The notes: generated by a model from the sequence alone, not told the origin. A stretch of 64,000 bases of DNA from Candidatus Yanofskybacteria bacterium RIFCSPHIGHO2_12_FULL_45_19b (GCA_001794605.1 MGKD01000013.1:13463-77462), one strand, 5' to 3'; shown: positions 7,444-17,953, numbered from the stretch's first letter. A program made the numbers and translations.

Positions 7444-10400
7444 ATGAGTCAATTATCAACAAAAGGAACGAGAGCGGTTTTAATCAAAACTGCCTCAGTT
7501 CTCACAGGTGTAGCGACAATATTGTCGTTATCCGGAATCCTGGCTTTTGCCCCAGTGGCAGGTGCCGTGGCTCCGTCCAACTTCGGATTGACTGAGGGCA
7601 ACACGATCAGTGCTGCTGGCTCCGAAGATCCGGATGTCTATATCATTAATGATGCGGGCTACAAGAGATTGTTCTTGAACCCGGCAATCTTTGGCTTCTA
7701 TGGTCACCTCGGTGGCTTTGCCAACATTAAAAATGTTACCCCAGCGACTCGCGATGCCTTCGTAACTTCTGGTCTGTTCCGCAACTGCGAAACCAATGAC
7801 GAAAAAGTTTATGGCGTTGAGACTACTGGTGAGGACACCGGTATGTTGCACTGGGTAAATACTTCTGGTGCGCAGGCCGTTGCAGATGACCCAAATTTCT
7901 TCTTGAAAGTTTTCTGCATCAACAATAATGAGTTCAACTGGTATGCTAAGGGTACAAACTACACCTCAGTAAATCAGGTCCCGAACTATTCCAGAACTCC
8001 TGGTGTTACTCCAACCCCAACCCCATTGGCGGGTTCAGTGAGTGTCAGTCTAGCTCCGAACAATCCAGCCGCTTCTACTACTACGACTAACGCTCAAGGA
8101 GTGGAATACTTGCGAGTGCGTTTGAGTGGTAGTGGTACGGTTAACTCCGTAACGGTCAAGCGCACTGGCGCTGGTTCAGTAGATGACTTTGATAATATTT
8201 ACCTTTACGATGGCGCGCGTCGTCTCGTGACTGGTAAGTCATTGACTTCATCCACTGGCGAGGCAACTTTCAGCAACCTAAGCATTGCAGTGAATGGCTC
8301 TAAAGATATTTCAGTAGTAGCCGATCTTTCTGCTACCGCTGGTAATGTCAACGCCTTCAGCTTAAATGCTCTAAGTCTGACTTCTGGTTCGGTCAGTGGC
8401 CTACCAGTAGGCGGTAATAATCTTTCCGTTTCTGGTGCTACCTCCGGTACCATTACTATGACCAAGGTTGGTTCAATAGGTGATCCAAATGCAGGTCAGC
8501 AGGATGTACAGTTGTCTGAATTTAAGCTGTCGGCTAATACTGAAGCGGCTTCAGTCAGACGCATTCAGATGTTACAGGGCGGTACAGTTAATACCTCTGG
8601 TATCACTGATCTTAAATTGAAGACTGGTTCCAGTGAATGGTCAGGGACTATTGATAGCGCTGGCTATGTTGTCTTCGACCTTGGTTCCGGATTCAGTATT
8701 GTCAAGGGTGGCAATGCCGTCTTTAAGGTTTATGGTGATATTGCTGGCAAGAAAGACGAAACCATTAAGCTCTACTTTGAGTACGCTACTGACATTTTGG
8801 CAGTAGGCGATCAGTATGGCTATGGTATGGCTGTTACTAGTACTACTATGGACGCGGTAAGTGAGGCACATGCCCTTACCCTACAGGGTGGTGTATTAAC
8901 GCTTACCTCTTCTGGTTTAGTGGCATCGGATATCGGTACTGATACCGATGATACGGTCTTCCTACGTTATTCGATCGCTGCAGCCAGTAATGTTGAGATT
9001 CGTAAACATCGTTTAGTTATCAGTAGCGACAAGGGTGGTGATGGCACGTTTGACGATTTCGTCGTTGCGACCAGCACCAGTTTCGCTGATCTCGATGATA
9101 TCAAGGTAATTAATGAAGCTAACGGAGCGGTTCTAATCGGACCGGTTGATGGTAGTTCCTTTGATGAAGTTGGTACTGCAAATAACAGTGCCGGCGGCGC
9201 GGTGGAAGGGGCAATGAACACCTTTAGTGATGTCATTGATCTCTCCGCTGGCCAGACCTTGAGTCTGAAGGTTACCGCCGACGTGAAGACTGGCAACACA
9301 CGCACTGGTTCTGCACTCGTAGCTGGTTCTAAAGTAGCAATCGGTGTCCAGGATTACTCTGATAATGTTGGAGTAACCGAATTGAAATATACTGGCACCA
9401 ACACAGCTTTAGCGGCTGCGGACATTGTGCCAAATGCTAACATTCATGGTCCAACTATGACTTTGACCGCTTCCAGCTTAACTTTAAGCTTGGCCTCTAA
9501 CCCAGCCGACCAGACAGTCGTGCAAGGTAGCCAGAATGTTGATAGCGTTGGTATTATCTTCCAGGCTTCGAATGCTTCTGCCTTGAAAGTAACGAATATT
9601 ACCGTTACCGGTTACTCCGATGCGAATGGCGCCGATGCCTTCGATAAGGGCAGTGCGGGCGATATTGGTTCAATCGTGTCAGCTGTGTCGTTGGTGGAAA
9701 AAGAGAGTGGAACAGTTTTATCCTCTACTCCTTCTGCTAATAACCTGGCGGCTTCTGCCGGTACGATCGTCTTCAATAACCTAAACTGGAACATTCCAGC
9801 GGGTGCGAGTCGGACGCTTATTGTTAGAACTAATCTTCTAAACTTAACTCCGCCGACCAAGGACGAATTTGGCTTCGATATTGCGGCCACGACTGACGTG
9901 ACTGCCATCGACGATTCAAACACCACGGTTAATGCTGGTAATGCCACTCCAAACGGTGCCACCAGTATTACGACTGAAGTAGAGGTAGTCAGTGCTGGTA
10001 ATATCTTTGTTACCGAGTATTTATCCTCGCCTTCTAAAGACAAGCAGGCTATCTACTGGGGTCAGACCGGTGTAGCAGTTTCTACCTTCAATGTCCGTGC
10101 GGCGAAGGAGGGCTTCTACATTGACCGGTTCAACATAGTATCGGCTGATACAGCTGATGCCAAGAATAATGTTGCCGGCGTCTATCTGGAGTATCAGGAC
10201 AAGGCTGGTTCAACTCTTACTGCCGGTCCGTACTCCTTAAGTGGTAGTGTTGCGTCTGTGTCATTTGGTTTCAGTGGTGCAACTCGGCCATATATTCCAA
10301 AAGATCAGTCGCGTCAAGTTGTTGTGAAAATTGATACCATTGGTACTCATCTAGCTGGTGCGACCTCGGCAGTTGACTTTGCGATGAACTTCTCGGGTGG

Positions 10401-11046
10401 TGCTGCGGACGAATTCGAAGCTACCGGCGAGGGTTCATTTGCCAAGGTGCTCGGCAATGATACTACTGGTGACGATACCGATAGTGTAACTGTGTCCAAT
10501 AAGAACATGGTCTATCGTTCGTTCCCGAAGTTTACTAATATCGTCTTGGCTGATGGTGCTGCTAGTGCCAACGCAGTGGTAGGCAAGTTTACCATCACTG
10601 CTATGGGCTACGATGTGCTCTTCAATACGATTAACGTTGCTTCTGGTACGATTACCTTTGACACGGTGGCATCTGGTCAGACGGCTCCAGCCGATCCGAT
10701 GATCACACTGTATGATGATACTACTGGCCTAGTTTATTCTAGTGCTTCGTATGATATCGATACCGTTAATGCTTCTTTGAGCTTCTCGGAATTCCTGAAT
10801 GCCTTAAACATTCCGGCCGGTACCTCAAAGACATTGCGCGTCCAGGGTAACCTAACCGCCTTCAATCGCGCGACTAACACCACCAGTGGTGTGGCCGCTG
10901 ATCACTTTATGCTCGTCCTGCAGGATGAAGCTAATGTGATTAAGTGGGTTGACAGTGCGGGCGTCGATGCCAATCTTGACCAGGCTAATACGGCAGGTTA
11001 TATCAAGAACCTTCCGTTCAATGGACCGAACATGACTGGTCAGTAG
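7444..11046 (+). CDS. Putative S-layer / major surface protein (~1200 aa)
   Basis: Signal peptide, N-terminal domain shared with 54399 gene, PT linker, tandem G/S/T/A/V-rich beta-sandwich modules, high-expression-like codon use, long leader, strong terminator. Confidence 0.8.
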   Translation: MSQLSTKGTRAVLIKTASVLTGVATILSLSGILAFAPVAGAVAPSNFGLTEGNTISAAGSEDPDVYIINDAGYKRLFLNPAIFGFYGHLGGFANIKNVTPATRDAFVTSGLFRNCETNDEKVYGVETTGEDTGMLHWVNTSGAQAVADDPNFFLKVFCINNNEFNWYAKGTNYTSVNQVPNYSRTPGVTPTPTPLAGSVSVSLAPNNPAASTTTTNAQGVEYLRVRLSGSGTVNSVTVKRTGAGSVDDFDNIYLYDGARRLVTGKSLTSSTGEATFSNLSIAVNGSKDISVVADLSATAGNVNAFSLNALSLTSGSVSGLPVGGNNLSVSGATSGTITMTKVGSIGDPNAGQQDVQLSEFKLSANTEAASVRRIQMLQGGTVNTSGITDLKLKTGSSEWSGTIDSAGYVVFDLGSGFSIVKGGNAVFKVYGDIAGKKDETIKLYFEYATDILAVGDQYGYGMAVTSTTMDAVSEAHALTLQGGVLTLTSSGLVASDIGTDTDDTVFLRYSIAAASNVEIRKHRLVISSDKGGDGTFDDFVVATSTSFADLDDIKVINEANGAVLIGPVDGSSFDEVGTANNSAGGAVEGAMNTFSDVIDLSAGQTLSLKVTADVKTGNTRTGSALVAGSKVAIGVQDYSDNVGVTELKYTGTNTALAAADIVPNANIHGPTMTLTASSLTLSLASNPADQTVVQGSQNVDSVGIIFQASNASALKVTNITVTGYSDANGADAFDKGSAGDIGSIVSAVSLVEKESGTVLSSTPSANNLAASAGTIVFNNLNWNIPAGASRTLIVRTNLLNLTPPTKDEFGFDIAATTDVTAIDDSNTTVNAGNATPNGATSITTEVEVVSAGNIFVTEYLSSPSKDKQAIYWGQTGVAVSTFNVRAAKEGFYIDRFNIVSADTADAKNNVAGVYLEYQDKAGSTLTAGPYSLSGSVASVSFGFSGATRPYIPKDQSRQVVVKIDTIGTHLAGATSAVDFAMNFSGGAADEFEATGEGSFAKVLGNDTTGDDTDSVTVSNKNMVYRSFPKFTNIVLADGAASANAVVGKFTITAMGYDVLFNTINVASGTITFDTVASGQTAPADPMITLYDDTTGLVYSSASYDIDTVNASLSFSEFLNALNIPAGTSKTLRVQGNLTAFNRATNTTSGVAADHFMLVLQDEANVIKWVDSAGVDANLDQANTAGYIKNLPFNGPNMTGQ

Positions 11047-11085
11047 TCTTAGTCTCGTCTGCTTCTTACTGCGCGTAAGTTCGGA

Positions 11086-11119
11086 CAACCAAAAACCGCC
11101 TTCGGGCGGTTTTTGGTTG
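11086..11119 (+). terminator. Strong bidirectional terminator
   Basis: CAACCAAAAACCGCC-TTCG-GGCGGTTTTTGGTTG. Confidence 0.92.
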
Positions 11120-11120
11120 G

Positions 11121-11149
11121 TTGAAAACGGATTAGAATTAATCTATGAT
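11121..11149 (+). promoter_or_regulatory. sigma70-like promoter (leaderless) of the glycosylation operon
   Basis: TTGAAA-17-TATGAT, ATG at 11156. Confidence 0.65.
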
Positions 11150-11155
11150 AAGAAA

Positions 11156-12988
11156 ATGTTTGGTATTTCAAGAGAAAAACTCGGAATGATCGGCCTGCTA
11201 GTTTTAGTAGGCGCGATTATTTATAGCTTCAATTTACATAACCAATTATTTTGGGATGATGCTGACTGGATTGTAAATAACCCCACTGTCCACGCTCTCG
11301 GTTGGGATAATATTAAGTTTTGGTTTTCTCATAATACCTTGGCTGGTATTGGTATGCAGAGTAATTACTATCGCCCCTTTTTATTTTTTACCTTTGCTAT
11401 TAATTATGTAATTTCTGGAGTTAATCCGTTCTCCTACCACCTATTTAGTAATGTTATTCACATTATTAACGGACTGCTAATTTTTCTCCTCTTCTCTAAT
11501 GTTATTAAAAATAAACTGGTTGGATTTATTGCCGCGCTACTCTTTTTAGTGCACCCGATTGCTACTGAGGCGGTTACCTATATTGCTGGTCGGGGCGATC
11601 CACTCTATGTATTTTTTACACTTCTAGGACTCTGGCTTTTTTACAGCGCCGAGAGTAAAAAACTGGGTTGGCCCGGTGTTACAACTTCCAGTAGTGGTCT
11701 GATCGCTGGAAAGAAAAATCTGGAAGTTGTAACACCGGGTTGGCTTAGTTGGCAAAAAATCGTCTCTTTAGTGGTCCTAGTTTTAGGTCTTTTGAGCCGA
11801 GAGGTAGCTATTGTTTTTCCTCTGCTAGCCCTTATTTTTTCGATAGCCTTCTTGGAGACGGGGACTTTTATTCGTTCAATCCTCAATTCGCTAAAAAGAA
11901 CCTGGCCTTACTTTGGAGTGGTTTTTGTTTATGGCATTCTACGTCTCACTCTGCTTAACTTTAACAATACCCTAAACTTTTATACTACTCCCAATATCTA
12001 CTCAGAGAACTTGCCCGTGCGCCTATTTACTTTTATGCACGCTTTGTTTGATTACTTTGGAATACTGTTTGTACCGATCAAATTACACATGGAGCGAAGC
12101 GTACCGATTCACCTCTCGCCGTTCGATTGGCCAGTCTGGGCGGTGATTCTACTGTCAGCCGGTGCTATCTATGGATTGTATCGTTTGTATAAAAAGGATC
12201 GCGGGGAGAGGACTTTCCGATTCTGGTTCTTTGTTTTTGGCTGGTTCTTTGTCGCTTTGGGGCCGGTGTCCGGGATTACGCCGATCAATGCCCAGATCTA
12301 TGAACATTGGCTCTACCTTCCCGCCGTCGCAATTTTCTTGGCAGTTGGTTATGGTTTTAGTTGGTTGTTGAATTTTTTGTCCACCAATCGTAAAGGGCTC
12401 CGACGTTTGATGGTTGGGACGTTTGCGCTATATATTGGTTGGCTTTCTTATCAGTCTATCCAGCGTAATATTGTTTGGGGCAAGCCGATTGAATTTTATC
12501 AAGATATTTTAACCTACGAACCGGATAGTGTGCGGATAAATAATAATCTGGGCAATCGGTATTATGATGAAGGCAATATTGATCGGGCTGAATATTACTA
12601 TCAACGTGCGGTGGAGAGTGAAGATATCTTTCCCCAGCCGCACTATAATCTGGGCACCATTTTACAGGCCAGGGGCGATAACCATGGTGCGATAGAGGAG
12701 TATAAAAAGGCACTTTTGATAAATCCTTATTTCCACTATCCCTACCAAAATTTAGCCCACCTCTATGCCCAGCAAGGGGATTTAGTTAAAGCCAGAGAAT
12801 TACTCGAGCAATTAGAAAAAATACGCCCTAACGATCCAGTAACCTACTACTCTTTGGCGGCGGTGCACCAGGCACAGGGTAACTATGTGCAGGCCAGGGC
12901 TTATGCTGAAAAGGGCCTACTCTATGCCCCTCCGAACAGTAAGGTGAGGCAGGCACTAGAGGAGATATTGACCCAGCTAAATAAGTAA
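11156..12988 (+). CDS. TMTC-like GT-C protein O-glycosyltransferase with C-terminal TPRs
   Basis: FWDD, YYRP, HP..TEAVTYIAGR, LSRE and YEHWLYLP motifs; multiple TMs; TPR repeats. Confidence 0.85.
   Translation: MFGISREKLGMIGLLVLVGAIIYSFNLHNQLFWDDADWIVNNPTVHALGWDNIKFWFSHNTLAGIGMQSNYYRPFLFFTFAINYVISGVNPFSYHLFSNVIHIINGLLIFLLFSNVIKNKLVGFIAALLFLVHPIATEAVTYIAGRGDPLYVFFTLLGLWLFYSAESKKLGWPGVTTSSSGLIAGKKNLEVVTPGWLSWQKIVSLVVLVLGLLSREVAIVFPLLALIFSIAFLETGTFIRSILNSLKRTWPYFGVVFVYGILRLTLLNFNNTLNFYTTPNIYSENLPVRLFTFMHALFDYFGILFVPIKLHMERSVPIHLSPFDWPVWAVILLSAGAIYGLYRLYKKDRGERTFRFWFFVFGWFFVALGPVSGITPINAQIYEHWLYLPAVAIFLAVGYGFSWLLNFLSTNRKGLRRLMVGTFALYIGWLSYQSIQRNIVWGKPIEFYQDILTYEPDSVRINNNLGNRYYDEGNIDRAEYYYQRAVESEDIFPQPHYNLGTILQARGDNHGAIEEYKKALLINPYFHYPYQNLAHLYAQQGDLVKARELLEQLEKIRPNDPVTYYSLAAVHQAQGNYVQARAYAEKGLLYAPPNSKVRQALEEILTQLNK
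11665..11744. mobile_element. 72-bp in-frame palindromic (REPIN/MITE-like) insertion
   Basis: Perfect 20-bp IRs 11672-11691 and 11720-11739; direct repeat GGGTTGGC at 11665 and 11737. Confidence 0.8.
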
Positions 12989-13003
12989 CTAGAATAAGAG
13001 AAT

Positions 13004-13492
13004 ATGAATAAAAAGATAATGCTGGGAATTATAGTAGTGCTAGCACTGACAGGGGTTGGCCTTTTTGTCTATCAGCAGGGTAGCTCTGATCCCCAAATCA
13101 GTCCCACCGCTACCCCACCAGAGGGCGTACCGACCGGAATCAGTAATGTTCGCCCAGAGTGTCAATTGAGTGGCAGAATCGTTTTTATTGCTGATAAGCT
13201 AACGCGCAGTGATGGGGCCAGTTTCGTATACCAGGGGGTGATGGATTCGCATGATACTCTCAATTGGTCAATCAATCCAGCAGAGGATGTGAGGGTTGGT
13301 CCTAATCGTTTTTCCGCGATACCATTGCCGAATGGTAAGGAAACCCCAACCATCGCTTTTAACCAAGGGAAACCCAGTCTTACTACTTATAAACTAAGTG
13401 CCTCGATTGATTACCCTTACGTGGTAAATAATAAGGTAGAGGTGCTTAATCAAAAGTGTACTGGTACGATTGAAGTAAAGATTGCTTATTAA
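13004..13492 (+). CDS. Membrane-anchored/secreted hypothetical protein
   Basis: N-terminal hydrophobic helix, P/T linker, beta-rich domain with 2 Cys. Confidence 0.75.
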   Translation: MNKKIMLGIIVVLALTGVGLFVYQQGSSDPQISPTATPPEGVPTGISNVRPECQLSGRIVFIADKLTRSDGASFVYQGVMDSHDTLNWSINPAEDVRVGPNRFSAIPLPNGKETPTIAFNQGKPSLTTYKLSASIDYPYVVNNKVEVLNQKCTGTIEVKIAY

Positions 13493-13494
13493 TT

Positions 13495-15150
13495 ATGAGT
13501 TGGGTGCGCTACTTGCAAAGACATCAGCTATTTTCAATAATGCTGGTGTCTTTAGTTTTGTCCTTTATAATTTTTGGCAATGGTATAAAAGGAGGCTTTG
13601 TCTTAGATGACACTGTGGTGGTGGAAAAACGAGGAGAGCTTAGAAAGCTGGAGAATTTTTTTACGCTGTTTATCTCACCTTATCATCAGAATGCTCCCTA
13701 TACCGGGCTATTTAGGCCAGTGACTATGGCTTCGTATGCCTTAAATTTCGCGCTACTTGGTCGTGGCCCGAGTGGTTTCCATTTGGTCAATATTATTTTG
13801 CATGCGCTTAATGTCGTTTTAGTGTTTGTGGTTACGCATAAATTGCTAAAGCATAAAAGACCGGCTATTTTTGCGGCACTGTTGTTTTTGGCGCATCCTT
13901 TACATGTTGAGGCGGTTACCTCGATCGTTGGTAGGGCTGAGTTGTTGGCTTTTTTAGGGAGCTTGTTGGCAATTATTTTTGCTTTAGAGCGTCGTTGGTG
14001 GTGGATGATTTTGGCGTTTTTCTTGGCGATTCTAAGCAAGGAAAGCGCCTTAGCGGTCTTGCCAATAATTCTCTACTTATGGCGTTGGCAACAAGGGCAA
14101 AGCTGGTCCTGGCTAGTTAAGAATAGTTCTCGCTTTTTGTTAGCCCTTGCCCCATATTTTTTGTTGCGCTACCTAGCGCTTGGCCAGTACTTATTTAAGT
14201 CTGGCTCCGTTAGTTTTGTGGAAAATCCTTTAAAATTTATGGATCTAGGAGAGCGTATTGCTAATGCTCTAATGGTATTCTGGCTTTATTTAACTAAATT
14301 ATTTTGGCCGGTTAAACTTTCGGCGGACTATTCTTACAACAGTATTCCCCTGGTGAAAAACTTGTTAACTTCTTGGCAGGCTAGTGTTGGTTTGGTTTTG
14401 TTGCTAGGCCTGATTGGCTTGCTGGTTTTTAAAAGAAAGGTTGGTTATGGCCAAGCGGCCGGAATTTTTGTTTTCCCTTATTTGGTTGTTGCCAATTTAT
14501 TTTTTCCAGTTGGTACGATTATGGGGGAGCGTCTGCTGTATCTACCCTCACTAGGAGTTATTATAATGGTGGCTTGGTTGCTGGAGCAAGGGTTATCTAA
14601 ATTATCTACCCGGCGCTATCAAAAATTTTTTTACGGTGGATTGGCAGTTGTTTTGTTAGTTTTAAGTTACCTAACTATCCAGCGTAATCAAGTCTGGCAA
14701 TCAAACGCGAGCTTGTTGAGTGCGGTTTCACAAGTTAATCCGAATAGCGTCATTGCTCAGACTGGGTTGGCAGCCATTGCCTTAACTAAAGATGACTTAA
14801 CTGAAACAACTAAAAGATTGGCGATTGCTAATACTATTTATCCAGGCTATGCTCCACTGCAGAATCTGCAAGGTATTGTCGCAGTTAAGACCGGAAATTT
14901 GGTGGCGGCCGAAAAGCATTACCTACGGGCAGTTGAACTGAATCCTCGTTCACTAAACGCTTACAACAACCTAGTCAGTCTTTATCTTTCCCAAAAAAAC
15001 TATACGCGGGCGGCACAGTACTTAGAAAAGGTAATTCAACTCAGTCCCACGCAAGAACAGGTAACACGTTATGGCCAGGTTTTATTAATGCTCGGTCGTA
15101 GTGAAGAGGCGGCTAGAATGATTGACTGGGCCAAAAAAATGGTAAAATAA
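13495..15150 (+). CDS. Second TMTC-like GT-C + TPR protein
   Basis: FVLDD, LFRP, HPLHVEAVTSIVGRAE, SKESA, LSADYS and GERLLYLPS motifs; TPRs. Confidence 0.88.
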   Translation: MSWVRYLQRHQLFSIMLVSLVLSFIIFGNGIKGGFVLDDTVVVEKRGELRKLENFFTLFISPYHQNAPYTGLFRPVTMASYALNFALLGRGPSGFHLVNIILHALNVVLVFVVTHKLLKHKRPAIFAALLFLAHPLHVEAVTSIVGRAELLAFLGSLLAIIFALERRWWWMILAFFLAILSKESALAVLPIILYLWRWQQGQSWSWLVKNSSRFLLALAPYFLLRYLALGQYLFKSGSVSFVENPLKFMDLGERIANALMVFWLYLTKLFWPVKLSADYSYNSIPLVKNLLTSWQASVGLVLLLGLIGLLVFKRKVGYGQAAGIFVFPYLVVANLFFPVGTIMGERLLYLPSLGVIIMVAWLLEQGLSKLSTRRYQKFFYGGLAVVLLVLSYLTIQRNQVWQSNASLLSAVSQVNPNSVIAQTGLAAIALTKDDLTETTKRLAIANTIYPGYAPLQNLQGIVAVKTGNLVAAEKHYLRAVELNPRSLNAYNNLVSLYLSQKNYTRAAQYLEKVIQLSPTQEQVTRYGQVLLMLGRSEEAARMIDWAKKMVK

Positions 15151-15156
15151 ATCGAT

Positions 15157-16449
15157 ATGAAATACTGGAAAATCAGCCTAGCTAGTGTGGTAATTGTTGC
15201 CGTATTGGTCTGGGGTTTTTGGGGTCGACTAGCTGGTTTCGGCCGCTTTTTAGGCCTTTTGCGGGGTGAAAATTCTAATATTAATCTGACCGGCCTAACC
15301 TTGCCAAGTGGCTTTAAGCTTGAGGTAGTAGTTAAGAATCTAAACAAACCGCGCGTTATTGTTTTTGACGCAAAAGAGCGCATGTTGGTGAGCGAGTTAG
15401 GCGCCAATCAGATAACTATTTTTGAGCCGGGAGCGGACGGTAAATTAGTTGGACGTATCCTGATAGAAAAACTACGTTCTCCACACGGGCTAGCTTTTTA
15501 TACTGACCAAAAAAAGAAGGTTACCTATCTATATGTAGCGGAAAGTTATCAGGTAGTGCGTTATATTTATAATGTTGCTAGTGGTTCGGTAGTTGTCAGT
15601 AGCGCGGAAAATATCGCAAACTTTTCTGATACCGGTTTGCACATAACGCGAACTATTGCTTTCGGTCCTAATTTTAGAACCACCCCAATTGTTAAAGGTT
15701 ATCTGGATAGAGAAACCCAGTTGGCCAATAAGTTGTATGTTAGCGTTGGTTCTTCTTGTAATGTTTGCGTGGAGGAAAGTTGGAAACGCGGAGCAATTTT
15801 GGAAGCCGACCCGGAGGGCACTTTTCTGGCTGAGTTTGCTGGTGGCTTACGCAATTCGGTTTTCTTTACCTTCCACCCGAAGACTGGACAGCTTTGGGCA
15901 ACTGAAATGGGGCGCGACAATTTAGGAGATAAACTACCACCCGATGAAATTAATATTGTGAAAGTGGCGAATGTTGAAACCCCGTTTGGGGCCAGGCGTT
16001 ATGGTTGGCCCTTTTGTTACGGCGATAAGATAAAAGATAGTACTTTTAATCCAGCTCCTTTCCAGCGCACTGATGTACCAAAGGATTGTACTAAAACTGA
16101 ATCATCTTATCTTGATATTCCGGCTCACTCTGCGCCCTTGGGACTGGCTTTTATCACTGATCCAACTTGGCCGACCGAATGGCAAGATGATCTTTTGGTA
16201 GCTTATCATGGGTCATGGAATAGTACTGCTCCAGTGGGTTACAAAATTGTTAGGTTTGTTTTAGCTGCCGATGGAAATATTACGAAAGACGTAGCTGGTC
16301 AACCGCAGGTGGAAGATTTTATCACCGGCTGGCTTAGTAATGGCAAGGTTTCAGGGCGTCCAGTAGATCTAAAGTTCCATGCTGGCAGTTTATTCATTTC
16401 TGACGATTATTCCGGAGTGATATACAAAGTAAGTCGTGTCTCACAATAA
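15157..16449 (+). CDS. PQQ-dependent glucose/sorbosone dehydrogenase-family beta-propeller
   Basis: LYVSVGSSCNVC, GLRN, EMGRD..PPDEIN, YGWP, AHSAPLG, HGSWN and GRPVD motifs. Confidence 0.88.
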   Translation: MKYWKISLASVVIVAVLVWGFWGRLAGFGRFLGLLRGENSNINLTGLTLPSGFKLEVVVKNLNKPRVIVFDAKERMLVSELGANQITIFEPGADGKLVGRILIEKLRSPHGLAFYTDQKKKVTYLYVAESYQVVRYIYNVASGSVVVSSAENIANFSDTGLHITRTIAFGPNFRTTPIVKGYLDRETQLANKLYVSVGSSCNVCVEESWKRGAILEADPEGTFLAEFAGGLRNSVFFTFHPKTGQLWATEMGRDNLGDKLPPDEINIVKVANVETPFGARRYGWPFCYGDKIKDSTFNPAPFQRTDVPKDCTKTESSYLDIPAHSAPLGLAFITDPTWPTEWQDDLLVAYHGSWNSTAPVGYKIVRFVLAADGNITKDVAGQPQVEDFITGWLSNGKVSGRPVDLKFHAGSLFISDDYSGVIYKVSRVSQ

Positions 16450-17953
16450 GCATAAACTGATTGCTGGTTTTTTGTTTGTCAGTTTTTTGGTTTTAGTTTT
16501 TATTTTTAGTATTCATGCGCTCGGTTCAATTAATCAGGATATCGGTCGCCACCTAACCCTGGGGAAGATTATCTGGCAAACGCACCATATCCCCACTACT
16601 AATCTGTTCTCTTATACGGCACCAGACTGGCCGTTTATCAACCATCACTGGTTGGCAGAGGTAGCGATCTATTTAGGTGAACGCTGGGTTGGTCTGCGGG
16701 GTCTCATTACTGCCAAGGCTTTAATTATTGCCTTAGCTTTTGGCTTAACGCTACTAGCGGCTTGGCGAAAAGCTAGGCCAGTGTCGATTATTTTATTTGG
16801 CCTATTGGCTATCGCCATGATGTTAGAGCGTACTGATCTGCGTCCGGAGATTTTTAGTTTTCTGTTTCTGGCCTGGTACCTGTTCGTGCTTTATCGGCAA
16901 CACGACCAAGCCACTGGTTGGTTATTGTGGACTTTAATCCCAGTACAATTACTCTGGGTTAATACCCACATCTACTTTTTTATTGGCCCACTGTGGTATC
17001 TGCTATTTTTGCTGGCTGATTGGATTAAAAAGGCGCAGATCACTCCCTCGACTAGGCAAGACCTAGTCAGGGGGAAAACTTGGCTGGTCGGGGCTGGAGT
17101 AGTTTTGATGAATTTTATTAACCCCTTTGGTTGGCGCGGGGCGATCTATCCGCTACAAGTTTTTAGTAACTATGGTTATTCAATTGCGGAGAACAAGGGG
17201 CCGTTATTTTTGCGCGCCTGGGGGTTCCCGCAGTTTACTACTTATGTTTTGTTTTTCTGCATTGCGCTTTTGGTTTTGGGGATTATCCTAAACTGGCGAA
17301 GCTGGCGTGAACATTTTTTCGCAATCAGTAGTAGTATTGTTGCCGGAATCTTTGCGTTGTTAATGGTGCGAAACTTTCCACTCTTTGCCTTAACTTTAAT
17401 TCCCGCTGGTGCGCTTTTGTGGACAGAAATTATGGAGCGTTGGAGAGGAGAAAAACCGCAAACCCAGTCAGGCAAGCTTGTCTTGCTGTTGGTGGTAGTG
17501 CTGTCGATTGTTAGTGTGCTGACTGGTGAGTTCTATCAGCGATTTGGTTTATCACGACAGTTCGGTTTGGAGGTGCCAGTGGGGGCGCAGGCAGGAGTAG
17601 ATTTTGTACGCACCAACAAATTACGCGGCCCGATTTTCAACAATTTTGACGTGGGCAGTTTCTTAATCTGGCGCTTACCAGAAGAGCCTGTCTTTATTGA
17701 TGGTAGGCCGGAGGCTTATCCGGCAGATTTTATCCAGAAAACCTATATCCCGATGCAAGAAGATCCGGCTTTGTGGAAAAAATACTCAGAGCAATACAAT
17801 ATCCAGTATGTTTTTTGGGATTATCACGATATTACCCCTTGGTCACAGCAATTTATTAAAGCCATGTTAAACAACTCGGCCTGGCCGTTGGTTTATCGTG
17901 ATGACACCATATTAATTTTTGTCCGTGCTAACCCTCATCTAGTAGGCGAGTAA
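16436..17953 (+). CDS. Polytopic membrane protein, probable GT-C-fold glycosyltransferase
   Basis: DIGRHL..G, HHWL, RPE, LWVNTH, NPFG and VFIDGRPE motifs; many TMs. Confidence 0.7.
   Translation: MSHNKHKLIAGFLFVSFLVLVFIFSIHALGSINQDIGRHLTLGKIIWQTHHIPTTNLFSYTAPDWPFINHHWLAEVAIYLGERWVGLRGLITAKALIIALAFGLTLLAAWRKARPVSIILFGLLAIAMMLERTDLRPEIFSFLFLAWYLFVLYRQHDQATGWLLWTLIPVQLLWVNTHIYFFIGPLWYLLFLLADWIKKAQITPSTRQDLVRGKTWLVGAGVVLMNFINPFGWRGAIYPLQVFSNYGYSIAENKGPLFLRAWGFPQFTTYVLFFCIALLVLGIILNWRSWREHFFAISSSIVAGIFALLMVRNFPLFALTLIPAGALLWTEIMERWRGEKPQTQSGKLVLLLVVVLSIVSVLTGEFYQRFGLSRQFGLEVPVGAQAGVDFVRTNKLRGPIFNNFDVGSFLIWRLPEEPVFIDGRPEAYPADFIQKTYIPMQEDPALWKKYSEQYNIQYVFWDYHDITPWSQQFIKAMLNNSAWPLVYRDDTILIFVRANPHLVGE

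Noticed and set aside
7528-11088. Antisense ORFs within the S-layer gene and other large genes
   Set aside because: Expected shadow ORFs from biased codon usage; no motifs or start signals
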